This document shows positions 11,993-25,200 of a DNA stretch of 64,000 nt, piece after piece. The stretch is from Pecten maximus. Its lineage: Eukaryota. The notes beneath the pieces were generated by a model. That model did not search any database and had not been told where the DNA came from. It saw only the letters and a list, made by a program, of their open reading frames with translations. The stretch lies in contig NC_047023.1 in NCBI RefSeq assembly GCF_902652985.1, positions 30,566,001 through 30,630,000 on the forward strand, given 5' to 3'. Positions within the stretch are counted from its first letter, which is position 1. Every line of letters starts with the position of its first letter. Both the position numbers and the translations under genes were made by a program.

Positions 11993-14900
11993 TTAACCCG
12001 TAAATATACTGATGTGTCGACTTGGTAGTAATCTTCTGATCAACTCAGTATCCTGTAATAAAGACAGCACAAATAGAATTTTCAAAGACAGTAAACGTTT
12101 ATGAAAAAGAAACACATGATAACAATGAGTGAATTTAATGGTTTCTATGATTAAATGTTGTACATTTATGTTGTACATTTATGTTGCACATTGTTTCGAT
12201 AATAAGAACATTTAATTTACATATATCAAAAACCAAAGTTTCTTCACTTATTTATTACAAGAATTTCACTCACTCACTCACTCACTCACTCACTCACATA
12301 CGAAGGCACTCATATATTTTCCTATTTGCTCACTTACTTACGTTTCTGTTTATTTACACTGTAGTGTATGACGTACCTGTCTCGTTGTGTTAGGACAATG
12401 AGAAGGAGTATTGAACACCGTTGGGTCACTGAGCGGCATAACGTCCAGAAATTCATAATTCACCATTTCTCCAGCGATGGGGTCCAGGTGGGTGTCTTGG
12501 AATGACACGCGCACAGGAGTACAAAGAGAATCTGATGGAGAACCGAGACGAATGTTATAAATAGTATGTGTTCATTTCAAAATGGACTACAAATAATAAC
12601 AGAGAGGATGATCTGTGGAAAAGATCCAAGAAAAAATGTTAATGTTGTTTGTGAAGATTTCAATCGGCTCTTCCAATTATAAGAGGGCCAGTGGCCATGG
12701 GTCACATTGATATCAAACATTCATGGAAAAATGTTTTTGAGGAGTAGCGTTACATATACTTTACGATTTGGTGTTATGTTTTTATGCTTATGTCTCTATT
12801 ATCCTAACGGTGATCCATAGAGAATATGTGATATATATATCTTATATGGTTATAAGATTCGGACATCAACCATTCCCACGTGATGGCCTAATGGTTAAAT
12901 CTCTAATGCTTGGTTTACTCTTTGTCAAAATGTCTACGATCTCAATCATTTACTGCAGAAAATTTCTCTTTTTACTCATTTGCATGCTTGCAATTCGATC
13001 CATTACTACCTATACCGTTTTGTTACGAATCCAATATGATTATGTTCAAGATCTTCTATGATCTACATTGTGTTCACTCTAATCCTCTGACGTTCACCGC
13101 TATCACGTTTTATCTCGTTCTCTTTAGACCTCACACGTTCAGAACGATCCGTTGAAGTATCCTACGATTTGTGCTTTACAATAAGAGATTCTGTCATGAT
13201 CCTTACGATCATGATTCACTACGATCGCTCAATATTACCACGATTCGACTCCACACAACTCACAATAACAACATTTAGATTTCAACTCGTGAAGATCGTA
13301 GACATCTTGACCAAATGTAAACCTAGCTAACCCTAAATCAATCATTGGAGCATGGTTGTGTTTGGCTGGTCAAGGCCAGTATGTAGGGTTATATGGATTG
13401 GGTTACCAAAAATGAGTTTTAGGTCTTGGTAAGTCCTGGTACATGTATCACGACTGTGTTCACTGTGGTTTATAGAAAACACTAGCCTTCGTTGACGTCC
13501 AAAGTGATTAACGAGTCCGTATCACCACTGTCCCTGACCAATGAATATCTTGATACGATCACTTTAAAACCACCCAAACCACCAAATGTTTCCTTCACGG
13601 CGTCTTCTGTAAAGGTCAAAGGTAAAACAATACAATGATAGGTGGACATATAAAGATCAGACGGAAAGGTGGGAAGGTTACGGAAACCTACAAAAGTCTA
13701 TCATTATGATATCACGAGCAATTGTTCTTCTTGAAAAATTCGGAACATAGATTATTTTAGTATATATTAAAAGTTAACAGTGCCTTACGTTATAGGTTAA
13801 GTGATATGGACGTTAATGGTTGATCTTCGTGTAATGAAAGGTGAAGTGGAAAGATCAGTGTACCGTGTAAAGTTAAATATCAGACTTATCTAGTAAACCT
13901 ACACGATTCAAAATCCCAATAGTGTATAGTGTAGTGACCACTCCCGTCTTACCTGGTCCCCCTCTACCCCACCCTTCTCTACTTACCTGGCCCCCTCTAC
14001 CCCACCCTTCTCTACTTACCTGGTCCCCTTCTACCCCACCCTTCTCTAATTACCTGGCCCCTCTACCCCACCCTTCTCTACTTACCTGGTCCCCCTCTAC
14101 CCCACCCTTCTCTACTTACCTGGCCCCCTCTACCCCACCCTTCTCTTATTACCTGGCCCCTCTACCCCACCCTTCTCTACTTACCTGGCCCCCCTCTACC
14201 CCACCCTTCTCTACTTACCTGGCCCCCTCTACCCCACCCTTCTCTAATTACCTGGCCCCTCTACCCCACCCTTCTCTACTTACCTGGTCCCCCTCTACCC
14301 CACCCTTCTCTACTTACGTGGCCCCCTCTACCCCACCCTTCTCTACTTACCTGGTCCCCCTCTACCCCACCCTTCTCTACTTACCTGGTACCCCTCTACC
14401 CCACCCTTCTCTACTTACGTGGCCCCCTCTAGCCCACCCTTCTCTACTTACGTGGCCCCCCTCTACCCCACCCCACCCTTCTCTACTTACCTGGCCCCCC
14501 TCTACCCCACCCTTCTCTACTTACTTGGCCCCCCTCTACCCCACCCTTCTCTACTTACCTGGCCCCCTCTACCCCACCCTTCTCTACTTACCTGGTCCCC
14601 CTCTACCCCACCCTTCTCTATTTACCTGGCCCCCTCTACCCCACCCTTCTCTACTTACGTGCCCCCCTCTACCCCACCCTTCTCTACTTACCTGGCCCCC
14701 TCTACCCCACCCTTCTCTACTTACCTGGCCCCCTCTACCCACCCTTCTCTACTTACCTGGCCCCCCTCTACCCCACCCTTCTCTACTTACCTGGCCCCCT
14801 CTACCCCACCCTTCTCTACTTACCTGACCCCCCTCTACCCCACCCTTCTCTACTTACCTGGCCCCCTCTACCCCACCCTTCTCTACTTACGTGCCCCCCT

Positions 14901-15674
14901 CTACCCCACCCTTCTCTACTTACCTGGCCCCCTCTACCCCACCCTTCTCTACTTACCTGGCCCCCTCTACCCCACCCTTCTCTACTTACCTGGCCCCCTC
15001 TACCCCACCCTTCTCTACTCACTTGGCCCCCCTCTACCCCACCCTTCTCTACTTACGTGGCACTCCCGCCCACTGGTTCCAAACTCCAATGGTGTCGGCC
15101 TCTTTACCGCATGTTTTGTTGTTGTTGTCAATGGTATACACCTCTTTCTATAATTCAGAAGAGAAAATGGTACTGTTAAGGCCGTGACTCTGTCATCTTA
15201 TCCATTTCAGTTCAATCAGATCCCCTAATTGACCGTGCATGCTTAGCATAATGTTATAAAGACAACTAATATCTAGTCTGTAAGTCTCCAATCATTGTGC
15301 CTCCTGCAATACATACTTATGAAGTTATAAAAGTTCCCAGCGCAGCTTACTTTTGTCAGATCTAAGCAATTAGTCTTTTGTTGTACATATTTGCTTACCT
15401 CAAGCAATTTCCAGATAAATGTAAAAGAGAAATGGTAGTTCCCTAGAGCATAGCCAGAGACGTCCAGTCTCATTTGTTTGTTCGGGTGGTCATAGAAGTA
15501 GGTTCCTGATGCATTCATCTGTTCCGGAATCCATATCATCATCCCGGAATCCATGAACACACTGCTCTGCCATGTTACAGGAAACATACAATGATAGTCC
15601 TTCTCTGGGATCAAAGCGGCACCAACAACCACACAAAGTAAACAACAGAAAGTCGCTACTTTAGTATAATCCAT
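11993..15674 (-). CDS. Ependymin-related protein (EPDR family), paralogue C, about 233 aa, secreted; exons 15674-15399, 15147-15057, 13606-13487, 12531-12377, 12052-11993
   Basis: Exon sizes 276/91/120/155/60 and phases match paralogues A and B. Motifs CMFPVTWQ, FYDHPNKQMR, YTIDNNNKTC, CTPV and DPTVFNTPSHC are present. Intron 3 requires a GC donor (AAG|GCTAGT). Confidence 0.86.
12266..12297. repeat. (CACT)n microsatellite in intron 4 of EPDR paralogue C
   Basis: About 8 copies directly visible. Confidence 0.9.
12907..13328. mobile_element. Non-autonomous TIR DNA transposon (MITE, possibly PIF/Harbinger-type) in intron 3 of EPDR paralogue C
   Basis: About 36-bp imperfect TIRs, GCTTGGTTTACTCTTTTGTCAAAATGTCTACGATCT and AGATCGTAGACATCTTGACCAAATGTAAACCTAGC. 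The interior is rich in TACGATC. TAA lies on the left, but the TSD is not clean. Confidence 0.7.
13946..15060 (-). repeat. 32-34-bp G-rich minisatellite (about 33 copies; GGGGCCAG|GTAAGTAGAGAAGGGTGGGGTAGAG) in intron 2 of EPDR paralogue C
   Basis: Directly visible. The first unit overlaps the exon-2 donor at 15057/15056. It accounts for the Pro-rich ORFs at 13922-15187. Confidence 0.97.
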
Positions 15675-17565
15675 CACGTATTGTTAATATAGTCCTTTAC
15701 TATTAATTAACTCATATTAAGACCTGTACTCTTATTTCTGACAGCTTCATAAAGTAGTTTTAATAATCAATGACCTTGATTTATAGATATTAGATACTGC
15801 CTGATGATAAAGTTTAACACAGGTAGGTGTCACTAATACCAACGTATATACACCAGGTCATCATTAGTTATCAGTATTCTATTTACATTTTCATGAATAA
15901 GGATACAGTTTTATATCATTTTACGTGAATAACTTTAATGCACTTGAGCTATAATCCCGTTTATTAAAATATCTACAGATTATCATCACATCCCCAGGAT
16001 GACAGAGACCGATCGTATATCATAGAGGTGATATTGTTAAGGTTTACTGGTCCACGCTGGTAAAGCCGCCATGTTATATATATCTACGGTAGATATGATG
16101 TGGTCATTACTATGTATAATGTAGGTATCAACAAGAAAGTAGGTCTTACTCTATCATAACCGGCAAAGTTATAAAAAATTAATATCTACGAGTTATCGCC
16201 CTTAACACATATAATACGTATCGGCCGAAACTAAAGTGGAAGTTATTTCGCTATTATGGATAGCGGATCTTTAAAGGAAATATATCATGCCACATTATAG
16301 ATTACGTATTGAACAATTTCCTTTAAATGTTATTTTTACTAGAAATCTTGTTGAAAGGTCCTTTATATTCATGTGGGTATAACGTTTCTTTAAAGAAAGG
16401 TCCCACTACCTAGATCACTTTACATGCATATTGACCTACTCCTTCATGTACCAACTTAGTGTTAATTTGCATAAAATCAAGAATGAATGAAGATAGAAGA
16501 AGATTTTTTATCCAAGATTGGTATTGGCATTATATAATACTAAGTGTGAAATTATATCGGATTTAGACCACGCATCTTAAAGCTATATTAGAAAACCGAA
16601 CTTGCGTTTATTTTTTCCGCTGGTGTATTTTTTAACGTTATTTTACAACAGTTATGAAACAGGTTATAGAAAGTACATCAAGCACACAGGTGAACTTAAG
16701 GTGAGTGAGGCGCAAAAGTGGGTTCAAAATGTATGTCTGGGGTGAGGGGGTGAGGGAGGGGTCGATTTATCTGGAGAAAACAATCCATAGTGAAAGGCCG
16801 GTGCGACATCCACTTCGCCACCCGACAAACAGAATTAATTATTTTCAATCCCTAGCTTTATCATTAATAGGTATCTTGGAAAATTGTGACACAGAAACTT
16901 AATTGATATGACTTCTTTCACGTTAAAATAGATATGCTCAAACTCAGTATATTCTGTTATCGAGCAAGTCCATTCACAGTAATATCTCGATGCAGGTGAA
17001 TACATATGAATTCAATGTTTCGTCACAACACCTTCCCAGCCCACACTAAACGTGAGTAATAAGCTATGTAGAATGACATCAGGCATCTTCCAGAGAAAAC
17101 TGTACTTATTCCTGAGGGGAGGTGAAATGGCTTCGTTTGGCAAGCCCTATTTACATTAAATGACGGTTGCACGTTGTTATGACAATTACCTACAAGCGTT
17201 TTCTAGAGAGCAAATTGTCAAACCTGTAGGAGAAATCTGTTGTACTTATTATCTAATATCCTAAATCGCCTAAATTGATTAAAGTATAGTGTTAGTGTGT
17301 CTCCGTACCTGACTCTCAGTTTTGTTTTGTAAGGTAACTTGTGTGACTTTTGTAAAATCCTTCGAGGTTGTAGACACTGATGTTAGACATTTAAGTTCCC
17401 GTTGTTTGTCGTAACCTTGTTCAGAATATTCACACGACCTTAACGTTGCTATCCAATATTTAAAAAAAAAAGTTAATTGATTTAATTATTGTTTTTTTTT
17501 TTTTTGTACTTCTCATTTCTTTCGACCTATTTCTATTTTTGGTAGCTCAACACTATAGGCCTTTC

Positions 17566-17728
17566 GAATCATTGATGAGTCCAAGAAAGACGAAATAGCT
17601 GAATGATGTCCCTGGCATCACTGTCGAGTCCTAGAATAACGAAATAGCTGTTCGATCTTTCAAACATCACTGATGAGTCCTAGAAGGACGAAATAGCTGT
17701 ACGATGTCCCTAACATCACTGACGAGTC
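17566..17728 (+). ncRNA. Tandem minimal type-I hammerhead ribozyme motifs (49-nt period, 3.3 copies; copy 3 at 17664-17707 has an intact core)
   Basis: Copy 3 reads ACAUCA-CUGAUGA-GUCC(UAGAA)GGAC-GAAA-UAGCUG-UA/CGAUGU. It has the canonical CUGANGA and GAAA boxes, stem II, a short palindromic stem III and a GUA cleavage triplet. Cores start at 17572, 17621, 17670 and 17719. Confidence 0.8.
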
Positions 17729-18879
17729 ATTGAAGGGCCCTACCGCATCTAATTGTCATTAGCTTCGAAAATGGTTTTTATTCATTTTTCAGCTTTTGCA
17801 TATCAATTACTGAATAATGTTATTCACTGGCGTGTCCTCTGTGTACTCCGTTTGGCTTGCCTTGCAACGTCGATTGCACTGTACCTTAATATAGTACATG
17901 TGGGTTATTAATAGGATTACACGACCCTAATGGGCCCGTGTGCTGTAGAATACAATACATTAGTACATTCCTTACATGACTTGACATGGAAGTATAGCCG
18001 TGACAGGGAGCGGGACACGTAAGATTAAATATCCATAAATGTATGTCAATATAACCAGCGAGGCATCAGAGTGAATGGAGCTAATATCATCAATAATTCA
18101 TCAATCATATTTCCCTTGGTAACGATAGCGATAGCGGTTATCGGCGTCTGCGCATGTGCTAGTGTCCCTTGTCAGATTTCATCCGCGGTTTGTGTGTCTG
18201 ACTATAAGGTCCAAGGCCGTTATACATTAGTTGGGAGAACGCGTCCCATTGCAATTAATAAAATGTATGATAAGTGTTTCTCTCCTAAGAATGATGGTTC
18301 ACTGAAAACAAAAGATGATATGCAAATGTGCTGTTAACAGCAAGAACACTGTGTTTACAATATACGTTCTATATTTGTGTTGAGTTTCTTTGTGAATAAA
18401 CCTCAATAAAACCAAAGACATCTTTAACAACAACAGTTATCAGATGCCGGTACACATGGGCCTGTTGTTCTAGTGGAAGTCATTAAACTCGTCCAAAGGA
18501 TCGGCAGTAGGGACACTTGACAGTGATATTGAACATCTCAAGCACAATGAACTTGAGATCATGTCACGGACGAATTGTCCTTTTTATGTTCATCCTACAT
18601 CGATACAATGTATGAATGATATTATCGTCATAGTATTACCATCCATTTCGAGAATGGTGCTATATTATTTATATGCATATTAATACAACAATAATCAATT
18701 CTTGAGAACTATCCACTTGCTACACACAAAAGGTAATTTTCAAATATTTCCACAAACATGAATTATATGATAGTTCCCATGACACGCCGTTCGGTAGGCT
18801 CGTGTTGTTATACTTGTCTCTACAGGAACAATGAAGTGAATCGGAGGGTTTCAGCTCCAATACACAAGTGGTAAACTTC

Positions 18880-19000
18880 GATGTTTTCCAAATACATCGA
18901 TCTCATACTTAGCCGAACTGGCGCATGCGTGTTACGAGCATACACCGATCGATTTCCTCTCAGAAGCAGTGTTGCTCCTCGGTACTGTGTATGTCTTGTT
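18880..19000 (+). promoter_or_regulatory. Candidate distal promoter of the synaptotagmin gene (NRF1-type GCGCATGCG motif, locally CpG-rich)
   Basis: ACTGGCGCATGCGTG at about 18917-18931, roughly 270 bp upstream of a Kozak ATG and a strong donor. Confidence 0.4.
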
Positions 19001-19190
19001 TTGATGTCAGTTGAAACCAGGTCTCTACGTTGGAACGGTAGGCTTTATTGCGTCTATACCAAGGAAAACCATACGAGGATCACTGATTTGGAACTAAAAC
19101 CAAAATGTGACGAAACGTCTGCGACTTTTTATTTGTATAGTTAACATTTTTGGATTTTTTTTCTGTTTTTTGGACACAAAAGTGAGAAAC

Positions 19191-19239
19191 ATGGTGGAAA
19201 AAAAGCATGTGATACACCGGGCCGCCACGGATGGTAGCA
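19191..19239 (+). CDS. SYT4: Candidate distal first coding exon of synaptotagmin-4 ([16 protein letters not shown])
   Basis: aaacATGG Kozak context, 49 nt (phase 1), donor A|GTAAGT. It joins in frame to the phase-1 acceptor at 43137. Confidence 0.65.
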
Positions 19240-22200
19240 GTAAGTATCCTTCTTTGTTGTGACATATGGCAGTTTATTTTCAATGTTTTCAACTGAATCC
19301 ATTTTGTTTAAACACATTTTAGTTCAATTTCAATTATATATTTTATTGTGAAAAATAATCATTTTGATCTAAGGTTTCACAAGAAGTTTTTTTATTTTTT
19401 TTTTATTTTGCCAAATAGGTGTTTTAGAAATATGTGTTAGTTGCCTTTTCAGTTGAACATGCTGTCGTTTAAGATTTAAGAAAGACATGTTAAGCGAGAG
19501 ACAGTGTACGTGTTTGTATGGTAACACGTTATCTTAGCGTTGGGTACATTTGCAGCCCTCACCCCGATACATTAAACATACATGTTTATGGGAAACATCA
19601 ATACATAATTCTATATCAAGAATGTGACCAAATATGGAATAGATATGGATGCATGTAACTGAAGTTAAAAAAAAATAATGAGAAATAATGATTAATTGAT
19701 TCTTCTGTGTATATTTTAGATAGCTGTGTCGCTAAATAGTGACGGCAGCTTGATCAATATAGAAGCTTACATGTGTCTAATATCTGTATTCATTATATAG
19801 CTATCTTTTAACAAGTTGTTTTCCCTATAATTGATTAACACATTATAGAATATATGAATATATATCAAGGGATCATAATAACATCATTTTGTATTCATGA
19901 TTTGCCAAAGTGGGACGTCATATGGTGATCATTTGATGACGTCACAATAGGTCATATTAATGAGTTGATGAACAAAACAAGACATGGATGGATTCACATA
20001 ATAAAAAGCGATAAAGCGCTAAATCTACCTACCATCATATTACTGATAGATCTAGCGTGATATCTCACTCCAGTTATTAGATAGATATATAACTGTTGGC
20101 TGATATCAGAATCTAACGTTTCCAAACTCTCGTGTCGCACCGATGATCTCGTTCAATGAATACGATATGACACGGATAGGAGTGTACGGCTCTATGTATC
20201 ACACGATGAATAATCATAATTTAATGAAAATCCTAAAATTTATTTTCCATTGTCAGACTTATGAATTTTTACCATGGCTGTACCGCCACCGAGACAATAA
20301 TGTGGTGTCACATTTTCACACAATAGCCATATTAATTAGATACATATATGTACATCTAAGCAATAAATGTTAACAGAGGTGAGTGGGGGAAAACGAGAAC
20401 ATGCTTTTTTGGTTAAGTTTCACAATGGATTTGATCTGTTTCGTATATCACCAATATACATATTACAGTTTAAAGTCTAAAATGAAAAGAAAAAGCAAGT
20501 CTGTATTTCTTCAAACTGATGTCAAACTACACTTCTGTGTCTGGAGAAAAAGCATAAGAAAACTTTTTCTCTTTTTTTTTTGCAAACACAAATGCATTTG
20601 CCTTTTGTAAAAAATGAAAATACGTTTACGCCATTAACAATTCAAACCTTGATTCACTTGAACTATCGTTTACTTGTGACTCATGCCTCAGAATTACATT
20701 TTTATACTACTGGTTAAATGATGCGGACCGGTGCTGTTTGTACTGGATTCCCAAACGTCACAGAATCCCTATAAACAATTGTTTTATTTAAAGTTCTGTC
20801 ATCTTACTACTTAACCTAGTACCGTACTATTTCTAAGGAACATACTTGTATCCTGATACTCTTTATTCCAAACCTGGAACAAATGGAATGTGGATTTTGA
20901 AGAACTCCAAAAACCTTAAACCAATTTTCCACTTTGTAAATTACCATACCCAGTCAAAGGAAGGCATCTGTTTGTACATTACCGGACACAGTCTAAGGAA
21001 GGCATTTGTTTGTACACTACCATGCCCAGTCTAAGGCAGGCATCTGTTTGTACATTACCGGACACAGTCTAAGGAAGGCATTTGTTTGTACATTACCATA
21101 CCCAGTCTAAGGAAGGCATTTGTTTGTACATTACCATACCCAGTCTAAGGAAGGCATCTGTTTGTACATTACCATACCCAGTCTAAGGAAGGCATCTGTT
21201 TGTACATTACCATACCCAGTCTAAGGAAGGCATCTGTTTGTACATTACCATACCCAGTCTAAGGAAGGCATTCGTTTGTACATTACCATGCCCAGTCTAA
21301 GGAAGGCATCTGTTTGTACATTACCGGACACAGTCTAAGGAAGGCATTTGTTTGTACATTACCATGCCCAGTCTAAGGAAGGCATCTGTTTGTACATTAC
21401 CATACCCAGTCTAAGGAAGGCATCTGTTTGTACATTACCATACCCAGTCTAAGGAAGACATCTGTTTGTACATTACCGGACACAGTCTAAGGAAGGCATC
21501 TGTTTGTACATTACCATACCCAGTCTAAGGAAGGCATCTGTTTGTACATTACCATACCCAGTCTAAGGAAGGCATTGGTTTGTACATTACCATACCCAGT
21601 CTAAGGAAGGCATTTGTTTGTACATTACCATACCCAGTCTAAGGAAGGCATTTGTTTGTACATTATCATACCCAGTCAAAGGAAGGCATTGGTTTGTACA
21701 TTACCATACCCAGTCTAAAGAAGGCATTTGTTTGTACATTACCATACCCAGTCAAAGGAAGGCATTCGTTTGTACATTACCATACCCAGTCTAAGGAAGG
21801 CATCTGTTTGTACATTACCATACCCAGTCTAAGGAAGGCACTTGTTTGTACATTACCATACCCAGTCTAAGGAAGGCATTCGTTTGTACATTACCATACC
21901 CAGTCTAAAGAAGGCATTTGTTTGTACATTACCATACCCAGTCTAAGGAAGGCATCTGTTTGTACATTACCATACCCAGTCAAAGGAAGGCACTTGTTTG
22001 TTCATTACCATACCCAGTCTAAGGAAGGCATTTGTTTGTACATTACCATACCCAGTCTAAGGAAGGCACTTGTTTGTACATTACCATACCCAGTCTAAGG
22101 AAGGCATTCGTTTGTACATTACCATACCCAGTCTAAGGAAGGCATTTGTTTGTACATTACCATACACAGTCTAAGGAAGGCTTCTGTTTGTACATTACCA

Positions 22201-25200
22201 TACACAGTCTAAGGAAGGCTTCTGTTTGTACATTACCATACCCAGTCTAAGGAAGGCATTTGTTTGTACATTACCATACCCAGTCAAAGGAAGGCATTTG
22301 TTTGTACATTACCATACCCAGTCTAAGGAAGGCATTTGTTTGTACATTACCATACACAGTCTAAGGAAGGCTTCTGTTTGTACATTACCATACACAGTCT
22401 AAGGAAGGCATTTGTTTGTACATTACCATACACAGTCTAAGGAAGGCTTCTGTTTGTACATTACCATACCCAGTCAAAGGAAGGCATTTGTTTGTACATT
22501 ACCATACCCCGTGTAAGGAAGGCATTTGTTTGTACATTACCATACACAGTCTAAGGAAGGCTTCTGTTTGTACATTACCATACACAGTCTAAGGAAGGCT
22601 TCTGTTTGTACATTACCATACCCAGTCTAAGGAAGGCATTTGTTTGTACATTACCATACCCAGTCAAAGGAAGGCATTTGTTTGTACATTACCATACACA
22701 GTCTAAGGAAGGCTTCTGTTTGTACATTACCATACCCAGTCTAAGGAAGGCATTCATTTGTACATTACCATACCCAGTCAAAGGAAGGCATTCATTTGTA
22801 CATTACCATACACAGTCTAAGGAAGACATTTGTTTGTACATTACCATACCCAGTCTAAGGAAGACATTTGTTTGTACATTACCATACACAGTCTGAGGCA
22901 GGCATCTGTTTGTACATTACCATACCCAGTCTAAGGAAGGCATTTGTTTGTACATTACCATACCCAGTCTAAGGAAGACATTTGTTTGTGCATTACCGGA
23001 CACAGTCTAAGGAAGGCATCTGTTTGTACATTACCATACCCAGTCTAAGGAAGGCATTTGTTTGTACATTACCATACCCAGTCTAAGGAAGGTATTCGTT
23101 TGTACATTACCATACCCAGTCTAAGAAGGCATCTGTTTGTACATTACCATACCCAGTCTAAGGAAGACATTTGTTTGTACATTACCATACCCAGTCTAAG
23201 GAAGGCATTTGTTTGTACATTACCATACCCAGTCTTAGGAAGGCATTCGTTTGTACATTACCATACCCAGTCTAAGGAAGACATTTGTTTGTACATTACC
23301 ATACCCAGTCTAAGGAAGGCATTTGTTTGTACATTACCATACCCAGTCTTAGGAAGGCATTCGTTTGTACATTACCATACCCAGTCTAAGGAAGGCATTT
23401 GTTTGTACATTACCATACACAGTCTAAGGAAGGCTGCTGTTTGTACATTACCATACACAGTCTAAGGAAGGCTTCTGTTTGTACATTACCATACCCAGTC
23501 TAAGGAAGGCATTCGTTTGTACATTACCATACCCAGTCTAAGGAAGGCATCTGTTTGTACATTACCATACCCAGTCAAAGGAAGGCATTCGTTTGTACAT
23601 TACCGGACACAGTCTAAGGAAGGCATTTGTTTGTACATTACCATACCCAGTCAAAGGAAGGCATTTGTTTGTACATTACCGGACACAGTCTAAGGAAGGC
23701 ACTTGTTTGTACATTACCATACCCAGTCTAAGGAAGGCATTCGTTTGTACATTGCCATACCCAGTCAAAGGAAGGCATTTGTTTGTACATTACCGGACAC
23801 AGTCAAAGGAAGGCATTTGTTTGTACATTACCATGCCCAGTCTAAGGAAGGCATTCGTTTGTACATTGCCATACCCAGTCTAAGGAAGGCATCTGTTTGT
23901 ACATTACCATACCCAGTCTAAGGAAGGCATTTGTTTGTACATTACCATACCCAGTCAAAGGAAGGCATTTGTTTGTACATTACCATACCCAGTCTAAGGA
24001 AGGCATTTGTTTGTACATTACCATACCCAGTCTAAGGAAGGCATTTGTTTGTACATTACCATACCCAGTCTAAGGAAGGCATCTGTTTGTACATTACCAT
24101 ACCCAGTCTAAGGAAGGCTTCTGTTTGTACATTACCATACACAGTCTAAGGAAGGCATCTGTTTGTACATTACCATACCCAGTCTAAGGAAGGCATTTGT
24201 TTGTACATTACCATATCCAGTCTAAGGAAGGCATCTGTTTGTACATTACCATACCCAGTCAAAGGAAGGCATTTGTTTGTACATTACCATACCCAGTCTA
24301 AGGAAGGCATTCGTTTGTACATTACCGGACACAGTCTAAGGAAGGCACTTGTTTGTACATTACCATACCCAGTCTAAGGAAGGCATCTGTTTGTACATTA
24401 CCATACCCAGTCTAAGGAAGGCATTCGTTTGTACATCACCGGACACAGTCTAAGGAAGGCACTTGTTTGTACATTACCATACCCAGTCTAAGGAAGGCAT
24501 CTGTTTGTACATTACCATACCCAGTCTAAGGAAGGCATTCGTTTGTACATTACCGGACACAGTCTAAGGAAGGCATTTGTTTGTACATTACCATACCCAG
24601 TCTAAGGAAGGCATTTGTTTGTAAATTACCATACCCAGTCTAAGGAAGGCATTCGTTTGTACATTACCATACCCAGTCAAAGGAAGGCATTCGTTTGTAC
24701 ATTACCATACCCAGTCAAAGGAAGACATTTGTTTGTACATTACCATACCCAGTCTAAGGAAGGCATCTGTTTGTACATTACCATACCCAGTCTAAGGAAG
24801 GCATCTGTTTGTACATTACCATACCCAGTCTAAGGAAGGCATCTGTTTGTACATTACCATACCCAGTCTAAGGAAGGCATTTGTTTGTACATTACCTTAC
24901 CCAGTCTATTTTTATGTAGCACGCGACTAAGTTCAAATGATCAAAAATCAATTTCTTGTTGACAACACCTTCGTTGAGTTGGTGGTAAGTTCTGACAAAA
25001 GACTACTTGCATACATATGAGAAAATTACTTCTCTTGGGTGATTTTGTTTTGTTTTCATATAGGCTGATTTGATGAAGGTGTTTATGAAAACATGAAACA
25101 ACATTTCGCAAAATGCTTCATTTTTTCCTTTTGATATATTGATGTTGTGCTGTTTTTGAATTAAATAATATTGCAAATATCGATTTGATATATCTGCACT

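Noticed and set aside
13922-15187. Pro-rich plus-strand ORFs and RGG-like minus-strand ORF (SREGWGRGGQV)
   Set aside because: These are translations of an intronic minisatellite. The RGG frame is not continuous with EPDR exon 2, which hits TAG after two codons.
20933-24908. 38-bp repeat as a CRISPR array
   Set aside because: Units are head-to-tail with no unique spacers, there are no cas genes, and the context is eukaryotic.
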